NCBI RefSeq assembly: GCF_006345805.1
Contig: NC_043005.1
Coordinates: 87,296,001 to 87,360,000, forward strand
DNA from: Octopus sinensis
Lineage: Eukaryota
Direction of reading: 5' to 3'
DNA length: 64,000 nucleotides
The notes under the pieces were generated by a model that saw only the letters and a list, made by a program, of their open reading frames with translations, did no database searches and was not told where the DNA came from. Shown here in pieces: positions 51,273 through 62,570 of the stretch. Numbering within the stretch: the stretch's first letter is position 1; each line of letters opens with the position of its first letter. Made by a program: the position numbers and the translations under genes.

Positions 51273-52747
51273 ATAATTTAAGATGTCTAGAGAATTCTAG
51301 TTTAAAAGCGATTGCCTAATTCTGTAATGTTTTATAGAAGATATATTTGCTTTTTTGTTATCCATGTGTAACTCAGATTTACTAATGTGTAAAGAAAACA
51401 TAGTCAGACAAATTCAGAGTAACTCTCATAAATCAAGAGCATTTTGAAGGCAGCCTTCCATAACGCTTGCACTGTCTCAACCTGCCGAGTAAAATAAGTA
51501 CATCCTATTTTACGGAGTATATTACATGCATTTATAATTGTAAATAATATTTATAATTACTAGGCAGAGAGATAAGAATTCGTATGAATGTCTGTATAGA
51601 ATATATCTCAAGATAATCTAGCGTGGTAAAGACATCATTTTCACCTTAGAAGACACAGACATATATCTTTAAAGTACTTAACTTTAATATGCATGATTAC
51701 AATCTTAATTAATTGGTTCTAAATATGCTACTTTGTTTCTTTTTCTTATCAAATTTCTCTAAGTTTTCTCTCTTTTCATCATTCTATTTCGCTACTTTAC
51801 TCATTACTCACTAAAAAAGAGCTCCAGTATCTCTTCAAAAGTTTAAGATACAGAAATACACCGAGCGTAAATGTTGTGTTCTTAGTTACGATAATTCGTT
51901 TTCCGTCATTGTTGGTTGAGATAAATAATTATAATTATGATTTTATCTCTGATCTTCTGTATATATCTCCTGTACATATGGAATATATCGGATATATTCA
52001 GGAACTAATTAACAACATACTTTCTTTTACGTTAAAACAAAACCATTAAGTAAAATTCTAGAAGCTGATTAAAGTATCCAATATATTCAATGTTTTGTTA
52101 AATCTACAATTATATACAAGCCAAAAATATTTCAAAATAAAAATGTGAAATTGTCTTTGAAATGTATAATTTCAACATTTAGGAAGCCAAAACAAAGAAA
52201 TTTCGTCGTCACTCGGAAGCGAGTACGTCGTGATATATTAGTTTCTTTCGAGATTTTTCGTATTGTTTTCAGTCCCTATGTTGTGGTGAGAAGAGAAGAC
52301 ATAGACACGATGTCTGCCCTCCCAACCATGTAAAAGCTGAAAATCCAGGGTATAACCGTAGCACGGTGATGGAAATGGCTTTCAGTTAAATAGAATGGGA
52401 GCAATGTGCAACGATGTGCCCAAACCAAGGACAAAATATTCGTTCGACCCAGGAATCGTACCAACGACCTTTATGATCGTGAGTCGAGCGATGTAACTTA
52501 CAAGCAATTCGACTTTATTTTTAAATATTCCATAACAAAATCACAGGTCGTTATCTTTGATCTATTATTCGTATCATTCATCGGCCAAGGTGAAACTTAT
52601 TGGGGCTAAACAAGATCCATGCGGCTAGGTTGCAAACTTGTTACCACACAGCTACTCATGAGCCAAGGTTTAATACTTATGCATAATATTTACAATTTGT
52701 CTGACGTAAATATTAAACACACGATATGTTTATTATTTAACCGCGAA

Positions 52748-53521
52748 AGGCGGCGAGCAAGCAGAAACGTTAGCACGCCGGGCGAAATCCATAGCCTTAT
52801 TTCGTCTGCCGTTACGTTGAGTTAAAATTCCGCCGAGGTGGACTTTGCCTTTCATACTTCGGGGTCGATAAATTAAGTACCACTTACGCACTGGGGTCGA
52901 TATAATCGACTTAATCTGTTTGTCTGTCCTTGTTTGTCCTCTCTGTGTGTAGCCCCTTGTGGGTTGTAAAGAAATAGGTATTTCGTCTGCCGCTACGTTT
53001 TGAGTTCAAATTCCGCCAAGGTCGATTTTGCCTTTCATCCTTTCGGGGTCGATTAAATAAGTACCATTTACGCACTGGGGTCGATATAATCGACTTAATC
53101 CGTTTGTCTGTCCTTGTTTGTCCTCTCTGCGTGTAGCCCTTTGTGGGTAGTAAAGAAATAGGTATTTCGTCTGCCGCTACGTTTTGAGTTCAAATTCCGC
53201 CAATTTGCCTTTCATCCTTTCGGGGTCGATTAAATAAGTACCATTTACGCACTGGGGTCGATATAATCGACTTAATCCGTTTGTCTGTCCTTGTTTGTCC
53301 TCTCTGTGTTTAGCCCCTTGTGGGTAGTAAAGAAATAGGTATTTCGTCTGCCATTACGTTCTGAGTTTAAATTCCGCCGAGGTCGACTTTGCCTTTCATC
53401 CTTTCAGGTTCGCTTAAATAAGTACCAGTTACGCACTGAGGTCGATATAATCGACGTAATCCGTTTGTCTGTCCTTGTTTGTCTTCTCTGTGTTTATCCC
53501 CTTGTGGGTAGTAAAGAAATA
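52748..53521 (+). mobile_element. Head-to-tail array of four SINE family 1 B-tail units (one head, then bodies of about 177-184 bp)
   Basis: Units restart at GGTATTTCGTCTGCC at 52977, 53161 and 53338; each ends GTAAAGAAATA. Confidence 0.95.
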
Positions 53522-53531
53522 GGTATTTCGT

Positions 53532-53871
53532 GATTGCTGGAGAAGAGATGTCTGTCGGAGTGTACGTTCCAAAAGAGAAGGAAGCATGTTGCACGAGTGT
53601 TGTGCGTGAAAGGAATCGTGTGAATATACCGGAGAAAAAAAGGAAAAAAAAAAGGTTCCAGTGGTAGATTGGGACTTGTGGGGTCGGAGCGTGGCCTCAT
53701 CATCGCTTCATTTGTATTGTCTTTCTATTGTTAATTCCATTCGATTTTTGTTTTATATATTTTATTTAAATTTTTAAAGTCACATTATATGTAAAATCAT
53801 ATCGCTTTACTGGTCCCATCAGTTGTTCTGTCCATTTCTATGTTTGGTTCCCGGTGGACAATAAAGAAATT
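53532..53871 (+). mobile_element. Tx1/L1-like LINE 3' fragment with 10-bp target-site duplication
   Basis: Homologous to 61600-61931 (LEKRCLSECTFQK...HVARVLCV). Flanked by GGTATTTCGT (53522-53531) and GGTATCTCGT (53872-53881). Confidence 0.88.
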
Positions 53872-54040
53872 GGTATCTCGTCTGTTTTTACGTTCTTAGT
53901 TTCAATTCCGCTTTGGTCGACTTTGCTTTTCGCCCTTTCGGGGTCGATAAATTAAGTACCAGTTGCGTAGTGTATTCATCCAATCCACTGGCCTCCTCCT
54001 CCAAAATGTTGGGCTTTGTGCCTAGAGTAGAAAAGGATAT
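53872..54040 (+). mobile_element. SINE family 1 A-tail body, distal part of the target SINE
   Basis: GGTATcTCGTCTG...GGGGTCGATAAATTAAGTACCAG...TTGTGCCTAGAGTAGAAAAG. Confidence 0.85.
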
Positions 54041-54228
54041 TTAACATTCCTAGGTGGGTCATTGCTGTCCAACCACATGGTTCTGGGTTTGGTGGCAACT
54101 TGGGTAAGTGTGACTTGTACTATAGCCGCAGGCTGACAAAAGCATTCGGAAGACAGAATCTAAAACAAACCCGTCATCGTTAGCTCCTACACGCATTTTT
54201 TTTTCTCTCCTTGTTTTTTCTTCTGTGT

Positions 54229-54268
54229 GTCTTTCTGTCGAAGAACGTAGGCTCGAAACGTAAAAGAC
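54229..54268 (+). ncRNA. Hammerhead-like motif with non-canonical core
   Basis: GTCTTT-CTGTCGA-AGAAC-GTAG-GCTC-GAAAC-GTA-AAAGAC. Perfect 6-bp stem I, A6 changed to U, loopless palindromic ACGT stem III. Confidence 0.6.
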
Positions 54269-54375
54269 TTTTTCTATTCCTGAGCGCTATACTAATACAT
54301 TTGTTTGTTTGTACTCCACCTGCCTTCGTCTTTTGTTTATTTTCGTAAACGTTCCCTTTATATATATATATATAT

Positions 54376-54409
<34 letters not shown>

Positions 54410-54420
54410 ATATATATAAT

Positions 54421-54924
54421 GATGTTTTCGATCTAATTTGGATTCTTTGCAATCAATTTGAAGTTTTCAATTGGTGCTCAAGCCTTGACAAAAAAAGGAG
54501 AGTTAAACTATATCAGCCGTAAGGGGATACATGTCTATCTTATCTAACTCGTCCAATAGAGCCCACCAGTTGGTATCTGAAAAGTTCGATGAAATAACTC
54601 ATCAACACTGCAATAGCTTCTACCAAAAGATGCTCCATTATGTCGACAGGTCTGAACAAGGGGACATAATAGAAAAAGAATCATTCGTTTATTATCTCCC
54701 CTCGTTCAGAATCTATCGCAGTGTCCATGAGTTATTTCATCGAACTTTTCAGATATCAATTGGTGGGCTCTACTGGACGAGTTAGATAAGATGGACATGT
54801 ATTCCCTTACGGCTGATGTAGTTTAACTCTCCTTTTTTCAAGGCTTGAGCACCAATTGAAGAATTCAAATTTGATTGCAAAGATTTCAAATCTGATGGCA
54901 AAGAATCCAAATTAGATCGGATAC

Positions 54925-54926
<2 letters not shown>
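54421..54926. mobile_element. MITE-like foldback element, copy 1 (about 195-bp imperfect TIRs plus an inner 20-bp inverted repeat) in (TA)n
   Basis: 54422-54616 mirrors 54714-54926; TCTGAACAAGGGGACATAAT pairs with ATTATCTCCCCTCGTTCAGA. Confidence 0.8.
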
Positions 54927-54999
<73 letters not shown>

Positions 55000-55504
55000 G
55001 ATGTTTTCGATCTAATTTGGATTCTTTGCAATCAAATTTGAAGTTTTCAATTGGTGCTCAAGCCTTGACAAAAAAAGGAGAGTTAAACTATATCAGCCGT
55101 AAGGGGATACATGTCTATCTTATCTAACTCGTCCAATAGAGCCCACCAGTTGGTATCTGAAAAGTTCGATGAAATAACTCATCAACACTGCAATAGCTTC
55201 TACCAAAAGATGCTCCATTATGTCGACAGGTCTGAACAAGGGGACATAATAGAAAAAGAATCATTCGTTCATTATCTCCCCTCGTTCAGAATCTATCGCA
55301 GTGTCCATGAGTTATTTCATCGAACTTTTCAGATATCAATTGGTGGGCTCTACTGGACGAGTTAGATAAGATGGACATGTATTCCCTTACGGCTGATGTA
55401 GTTTAACTCTCCTTTTTTCAAGGCTTGAGCACCAATTGAAGAATTCAAATTTGATTGCAAAGATTTCAAATCTGATGGCAAAGAATCCAAATTAGATCGG
55501 ATAC

Positions 55505-55506
<2 letters not shown>
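55000..55506. mobile_element. MITE-like foldback element, copy 2 (tandem duplicate, 580-bp period)
   Basis: Nearly identical to 54421-54926; ORFs at 54531 and 55111 differ by one residue. Confidence 0.8.
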
Positions 55507-55552
<46 letters not shown>

Positions 55553-55934
55553 AAGAGAGAGAGAGAGAGAGAGAAATAATTATATGTATTTCTCTAAGTT
55601 CTCCACTACAGTTCGACAACCAGTTTTATTGTGTTAACGTTTCTGGAACTTAGCGATTCTGCACAAGAAACCGATAGAATAAGTACCAGGCAAAGAATGA
55701 AACAAATAATAAGCAAAGGTTTCGAGTCATTCGACTAAAATTCTTTAAGGCGGTGCCCCAGCATGACCGCAGTCGAATAACTGAAACGAGTAAAAGAAGG
55801 AAGAGTCTTTCAGCCGGAGAGTAAATCGCAGTAATTTCTTGGATTGTGCCGATCAGAACAATAATAATGTCTGTGAAAATGGAAACTAGTTAGGAATAAC
55901 GGGGACACATATTTGCATGAACTACCATAATACC

Positions 55935-56397
55935 TTTTCTACTATAGGCACAAAGCCTGAAATTTTGTTTTGTTGGACTAGCCGATTACATTGACCCTAG
56001 TGAAGGTGGCGAGGTGGCAGAAACGCTAGCACGCCGGGCGAAATGCGTAGTCGTATTTCGTCTGCCATTACATTCTGAGTTCAAATTCAGCCGAGATCGA
56101 CTTTGCCTTTTATCCTTTGGGGTTCGATTAAATGAGTACCGGTTACGCACTGGAGTCAATATAACCGACTTAATCCATTTGTGTGTCCTTGTTTGCCCCC
56201 TCTTTTTTTAGCCTCTTGTAGGTAGTAAAGAAATATACATTGACCCTAATGTTTCACTGGTGCTTAATTTATCGACCCCTCGAAAGGATGAAAGGCAAAA
56301 TCAACCTTTGTCAAATTTGAACTCAGAACGTAGCAGCGAATGAAATACTGCTAAATATTTCGCCCGGTGTGATAACGATTCTTCCAGCTCGCCACCT
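55935..56397. mobile_element. SINE-1 B copy (56003-56235, +) nested in a SINE-1 A copy (-) with 16-bp target-site duplication
   Basis: TACATTGACCCTAGTG (55987-56002) and TACATTGACCCTAATG (56236-56251) flank the insert. Confidence 0.88.
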
Positions 56398-56404
56398 TAT
56401 GAAC

Positions 56405-56710
56405 TACCATAATATGTTGGCTGGTTTAAATATGACAAAGTATGGTATTATTATTTATTGTGTTGAGTCAAATGTTTTTCGTTATTCTGGTTACTTATTT
56501 GCTGTATTCTTCAAATAGCAAGAAAAGCAGCCAACCGTTCAAGGTAGAGGCCATTGTGTTGAACCGTCTGAAGACACTTTTCTTCCAGTTCTTTAATGCC
56601 GCCCTGATACCAGTTCTTTTCTTTTCCATCGAGGTGAAGAATTCTTTCACTGAAGCTTGCACCACCTCTCGGTTGATGAAACGTCTCGAGCGTAGGAGGT
56701 GAGCGCAAAT
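56405..56710 (-). mobile_element. Mariner transposase C-terminal remnant
   Basis: HLLRSRRFINREVVQASVKEFF, then frameshifted KEKNWYQGGIKELEEKCLQTVQHNGLYLE, like the mariner F...GI..L..RW..V...G.Y end. Confidence 0.75.
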
Positions 56711-56711
56711 A

Positions 56712-56927
56712 TTCTCTTCTACTCCAGGCAAAAGGCCCGAAATTTTGCGGGAGAGCGCCAGTCGGTTAGATGGACACCAGTATGTAACTAGTACTTAATT
56801 TATCGACTCCGAAAAGATGAAAAGCAAAGTCGACCTCGGTGGAATTCGAACTCATGACGTAAAGACAGACGAAACACCGCTAAGCATTTCGACCGGCGTG
56901 CAAACGTTTCTGCCAGCTCGCCGCCTT
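56712..56927 (-). mobile_element. SINE family 1 A-tail, full length
   Basis: TTCTACTCcAGGCAaAAGGCCCGAAATTTT...CAAAGTCGACCTCGG...TTCTGCCAGCTCGCCGCCTT. Confidence 0.9.
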
Positions 56928-57581
56928 GAAGGAAACTTCACCGCTCGTCCCTTTGAATTCTATAAAAACATTCTCAGTTGAGCACTGAGGTCGATGTGAT
57001 CGAATTAGCCCCTCCCCCGATTGCTCGTCTTTTTTTGCTAGAATTTGAAACTGTTATGCTAATGTTATGAATTATGTCAGTTCACGGGGCCTGTTTTAGG
57101 GTCCCCGAAATTTGTGAGAAGGACAGTATTTTCAAATGGAAAATCTGGCTTGAATGCTTGCTACCGAGTAGACTAATCTAAAGGACCTTAATCATCATGC
57201 CGGTCAGAAGATCAGGCTTATGGGTGCATTCAATCTAGCCTCTCACCACCATCATTTAGGCCATGGTGAGATTCGAACTCTTAACACAAAGCGCGTAAAT
57301 ATATTACGCTAGGAAACCAATCCAATGTTCTTACAATTCCATCAATTCTCTGCCTCGAATTGGCGTGTTTGTTGTGCTGCAGAACGATGAAATTGAGTGT
57401 CTGTCTCGGCAGGACTCGAGCTGAGAGCACGGGAAGTCGGAAGAAAATTCGCGAAGCATTCAGACAGACGCTTGGACGACTGTGGTGACTCGACACTTAT
57501 AGATGAATGCTCATTAAAGTAATTATCGTTCTCCTCGGAAAGGCAAAGACAAGTTCATAACTATACACACACATATATAGT

Positions 57582-57753
57582 TATTCTTTTCTACTCTAGA
57601 CAAAAGGCCCGAAATTTTGGGGGAGGTGGCCAGTCGATTACATCGACCCCAGTACGAAACTGGTATTTAATTTATCAACCCCGAAAGGATGAAAGGCAAA
57701 GTCGACTTCGGTGGAAATTGAACTCAGAACGTAACGACAGACGAAATACCGCT

Positions 57754-57811
<58 letters not shown>

Positions 57812-57995
57812 CTTTACTACCCACAAGGGGCTAAACACAGAGGGGACAAACAAGGACAGACAAATGGATTAAGTCGATTAAATCGACCCCAGTGCGTAAC
57901 TGGTACTTAATTTATCGACTCGGAAAGGCCGAAAGGCAAAGTCGTCCTCGGCGGAATTTGAACTCAGAACGCAACGACAGACGAAATACCGCTAC
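57582..57995 (-). mobile_element. Two headless SINE-1 copies (A-tail 57582-57754, B-tail 57808-57995) separated by (CA)n(TA)n
   Basis: Both end at GACAGACGAAATACCGCTA on the + strand. Confidence 0.88.
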
Positions 57996-58154
57996 ACACA
58001 TACATAGTTATTAGTAAAGTCACTAGAGATCAAACGAAATGTGTTTGCAGTATTTATTCATTTTTTTTTCGTTTGTTTTTGAGGTGAAATTCTACGTTTA
58101 AATCCAGCCGAGTTCAAAACAGATCATTCATACTTCTCTTCCGTTCACTAAGTG

Positions 58155-58365
58155 GTTTCAAATTTTGGCTCAAAGCCAGTAATATTGGGGCGGTGATAAA
58201 TCAATGACATCGACTCCCCAATGCTCAACTGGTACTTATTTTGTTGACACCGAAAGGATGAAAGGCAAAGTGGATTCGGCGTAAATGGAATTCTGAACTT
58301 AAAGACGAACAAAATGCCTTTAAGCTTTTTTTCCACTGCGCTAACGAGTCCGCCAGCTCACCGTC
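58155..58365 (-). mobile_element. SINE family 1, degenerate
   Basis: CTGGTACTTATTTT..TGACaCCGAAAGGATGAAAGGCAAAGT...CTAACGA.TC.GCCAGCTC. Confidence 0.8.
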
Positions 58366-59054
58366 TTTTTAGATTAAAGTACGAATATAGGGAGGTAGGT
58401 TAGGGGAATTTTGATAATGTTATGCGTCATGCGTGGCTGCATTTATTTTGATTCCTAGTAATCTGTGTCCAAATCGCTGTTAGCTTAATTGGTTAACCCA
58501 TCGCTGGATTAAGAAGACCACTTAGCCCGTAAGCGATTGTAAAAGAGTCATCGCTTTTCCAGGCTTGTGACCAAGATCTTTCATTCAACCATACTTCCGG
58601 ATTCTTGCGATACAATATCTCAATTCTGAAAGAAGCAACAAGGTGTAGAAATATTTATCCAGTTAACCCTGATGTCCGCTGAAAATCGATTCTTCTGGGG
58701 GAAGGAAAAGAACCCGAAATGAAGTGCTTTGCTAAAAGACATTCAAATCGAACTCACAGCAGTGAGTTCAAATCGAACTCAGGAGCCCAATACGTAAACT
58801 GTTTGGGAAGAGGCCTTCAGGTACGCACTCACACATGCATAGGTGCAACCCAAGGTAATTTGAAAATCGATTACGTTTTTACAATTTTCAATCTACGGTG
58901 AAATATCTCAATTAACCGCCTCTATATATCCACTATATAGGTCACATACATACACACACACATATATATATATAATATATACATACACACATATAAACAA
59001 ATATATACGCAAACATACACACATGCACACACACATACATATACATACATACAT

Positions 59055-59101
<47 letters not shown>

Positions 59102-59468
59102 TATTCAGATGCATATATCAGTAGTGCGCATTCTTGTCTAAGAAATATATGATTATACCAAAAAACATGAAACGGTTTGCTGAACTAATTTATCACAGCG
59201 ACATTATATATATGTTCATCTCGTTCTTATCCCGCTGTTGTCAACAACTCGTATATCAAAATAGCAGGCCATGCATCAGCGAGATATAACTGAGAAGCGT
59301 TTGACTTCGACGTCTTACAAACCATGCTATGTAATGTCAAGTTCGTACATGACTTTTTTAACATCTCTTGGTTTTACGTTTTGATAGATACAAGCTAAAA
59401 ACAAAAACAAACAAAAAGAAACACAAAGAGAGGTGATAGGTAAAGATTTTTAATATATCCGTATTGAT

Positions 59469-59747
59469 AAGGTAGCAAGCTGGCAGAAACGCTAGCACGC
59501 CGGGCGAAATGCGTAGCGGTATTTCGTCTGCCGTTACAGTCTGAGTTCAAATTCCGCCGAGGTCGACTTTGCCTTTCATCCTTTCGGGGTCGATTAAATA
59601 AGTACCAGCTACGCACTGGGGTCGATATAATCGACTTAATCCGTTTGTCTGTCCTTTTTTGTCCTCTCTGTGTTTAGCCCCTTGTGGGTCGTAAAGAAAT
59701 AGGTATTTCCTCTGCCGCTACGTTCTGAGTTCAAATTCCGCCGAGGT
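59469..59747 (+). mobile_element. SINE-1 full B unit plus a 46-bp restart, directly 5' of the Tx1-like LINE
   Basis: Head at 59469, tail AAAGAAATA to 59701, then GGTATTTCcTCTG...CCGAGGT (59702-59747). Confidence 0.9.
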
Positions 59748-61931
59748 ATGTATGCCAGACTTGTTCGGGCAGCTACTGCATAACGTGTACACGAACTGAC
59801 AATAGAATGGGTTTATCCCCAGATCTGATTATTCCCAGATCGCCGGGGCGTGGTGATCAGAAAGGACCGGACAAGCGGGATGTTTTAGATAATTTCAGGG
59901 CCATCATTCTGTTAAACGCTGAAAGACGAATTTGGCCAAGGTTTTCGCAGAAAGGTTGGGGCGTGTCACGAGAGGCATAGCCGGGGAGGCACACACATGG
60001 GCCATCTCAGGCAGAACCATTCAGGATAATCTCCATCTTATGCGCTATACCACAGAGATGGTTGGTGATAACTCTGGCAAAGGTGGGGCATTGGGGCATT
60101 TATACCAATCTAAAGCTTTTGATAGGGTCGAACTTCGATACCTGGCGAATGTTCTTGCGATCTTTGGCCTGGACTTTGGATTCCTCAGGTGGTTTATCGC
60201 TCTGTATCATATGACTCGATAATTCGGATGAATGGTTTCCTTTTGAAGCCGTTCTGCATCAGATGCTTGGTTCCTAAAGGATGTCTGCTCTCACCACTTT
60301 TGTATGTGGTGGCTCTTGAGCACCTACTGCGAAAGTTGAGTGACATCTCGTGACAACCAGGTTTAGAGGAGTTTGTTTCGGCTTCCGCGTACGTTATCAT
60401 TATCAGCGTTACCACAGTATAACGCCTAGGTGAAGTGAGTAAGGCTGTTGAGGTTTACGAGACGGTGGCAGGAGATCAACCGGGAAAAGTCGGTCATCTT
60501 GCAGCTCGGCACCTGGGTTGGCAAGTCGATGCCGTCAAACAGCGTTGTTGGGCACTGGGCGGAGGGACCGGTTGAATTGCTGGTAGTCTGGTTGGACTAG
60601 GCCTCCAGATAGAGAAGGACTAGACGGAGGTTTCGAACAGGGTGGCTGCAATAGTCGAGACCTGGTCTTGGCGGTGGCTATCCCTGAAAGTGTGAGCGGA
60701 GGTGGCCAATATGTTTATCGCATCGGCCATTACCTACCGTCTGACCGTCGTGCTCTGTTTGGATTCGTGTGTGATCAGGTTGGAGAAGGAGCTCTTTCAC
60801 GTAGTCAGAAGCCGTTAACGGGAGGTTTAGGGATGCCTTGGTTAATGATGCGCAGGTATACGTTGAGATTGAGGCATCTCTGGATCCTCCTGGATGGTGA
60901 ACGGGTGTGGTCTCTGCTAGCCAGACAAATGTTCCCCGAGTTCAAATTGTTTTTGCGAACAGGAAGCCCGGTGTTCTTGTAGACCGAGGTCGAGTAAGCA
61001 GCATATGGAGTGTCGTAAGGCCCTCTTGCTATTCCGGCGGTCGGGCAACGCCAGCGGTGGGGGGTTCTACACGTTTTTTATATAGTGGGTTGGTAGAGTT
61101 TAAATGGGACGATGGCCTGGGAGCGACTCTAGGTCTCGGGCATGTTCAACTTGACAGCCTGTTCCACCGCACATTCTGCTTGAGAATGTTAGACAATTTC
61201 CAAAAGTCCTTGACCTGGCAATGTTACAGGGGCGCCTTGTCCGTTTGGGATAAACTCGCAAGACATGGAATGTCTTACTCTCCGACCTGTCCAAGATGGA
61301 GGGGAGCAGGGATACCATCCCTCACGCTACCGTCCAGTGCCCGGGGATATCTGAAATATGAGTTTATACTGAACACCTTTTGTCCGGCGAAGGAAGAGTA
61401 CAGCTGTCGACTGGGTCAATTATAAAAATTAACCCACCGGAATTTTTAACAAATGAAGGTAAGAATTGCTTTCTCACTGTTGTAGCAATAGCGAAAGAGG
61501 TAGTATGGAAGTCTAGGATAAAATGGATTAAGACAGGTAACTTTATCTCCGGCCAGGAGTTAAGATCGTTCTTCACTTTTCACTTGAGAAGGAAAGTGTG
61601 GCTGGAGGAGAGATGCCTGTCGGAGAATATGTTAAAAAAAAGATGGAAGCATCTTGCAATAGTGCTGTGCGTGCAAGAAACCACGTGAATAGGCGATTGA
61701 AGAAAAACAAGAGATGAAAGAAGTACCAGCGATAGATTGGGGCTTAAGGGGTCAGAGCGCGGCCTGATCATCGCTACATTCGTGTTGTCTGTATTGTTAA
61801 TTTCATTCGATTTTTTTATATTTTATATAATTTTCATATTCATATTTATGTAATATCATAACGTGTTACTGACCCCAATCAGTTGTTTTGTCCCATTCTT
61901 TGTGTAGCCCCCTGTGGGTAATAAAGGAATT
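59748..61931 (+). mobile_element. Tx1/L1-clade LINE, 5'-truncated ORF2 pseudogene (RT, C-terminal zinc knuckle, 3' UTR)
   Basis: DNFRAIILLNAE, AKVFAERL, GRTIQDNLHLMRY, QSKAFDRV, KGCLLSPLLYVVALEHLL, GGLGMP, PTCPRW...HATVQC, VAIAKEVVWKSR. Many stops and frameshifts. Confidence 0.92.
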
Positions 61932-62095
61932 GGTATTTCGTCTGTTTTTTATGCTCTGAGTTCACATCCTGCACAGGTCGATATTGCGTTTCATCTGTTC
62001 GGGATCGATAGTACCAGTTGCGTACTGGAGTCGGTCTAATCGACTGGAACCCTCCCTCAAATTTTCGGGCCTTGTGTCTAGAGTAGAAAAGAATA
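61932..62095 (+). mobile_element. SINE-1 A-tail body, distal part of the target SINE, diverged
   Basis: Starts GGTATTTCGTCTG immediately after the LINE tail; ends CCTTGTGtCTAGAGTAGAAAAGAAT. Confidence 0.85.
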
Positions 62096-62319
62096 TTTCA
62101 GTATAGATTCTTGTTTTTCTTTCTTTTTGCCTATTATGTACTCCGGAATGGAAATGTTACTGTTTGTCTGTCGCGGATTTTCGTTTGCATCGTCCTCTTA
62201 AATTAAAATAGGGTTTGATGTTGGTCTGAAGAAATGCTACTCAAATGTTTAAAATACAAATTTTACGCAATTTTTCACTTGGGGCATTGAAAGCAGAGTT
62301 TGTACAGAAACAATTCTTT

Positions 62320-62570
62320 TATATTTAATCTGTTACTTTCCTCACTCATTGGACTGCGGCCATGCTGGGACACAGTCGACAAGAATATTTTAGTCGAATG
62401 TATCGACACCAGGACATATTTTTAACGCCTGGTACTTATTATATCGGTCTACTCTGCCGACCCGCTAATTTACGGGGACGTAAACACACCAGCACTGGTT
62501 GTCAAGCGGTGGTGCGGGCGGGGAGGTGGGGGACAAACGCAGACAGAAAGACACAAACACACGAAGGACT
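62320..62570 (-). mobile_element. SINE family 2, 3' part
   Basis: GACTGCGGCCATGCTGG...TACGGGGACGTAAACACACCAGCA.TGGTTGTCAAGCG. Confidence 0.8.

Noticed and set aside
52748-53521. CRISPR-like or tRNA-gene array
   Set aside because: Units are contiguous ~180-bp SINE bodies with no unique spacers and no cas genes; the head is not a complete tRNA cloverleaf.
54531-55365. Duplicated 84-aa ORF as a gene pair
   Set aside because: Spans the palindromic centre of a foldback element and has no recognisable domain; duplication explains the identity.
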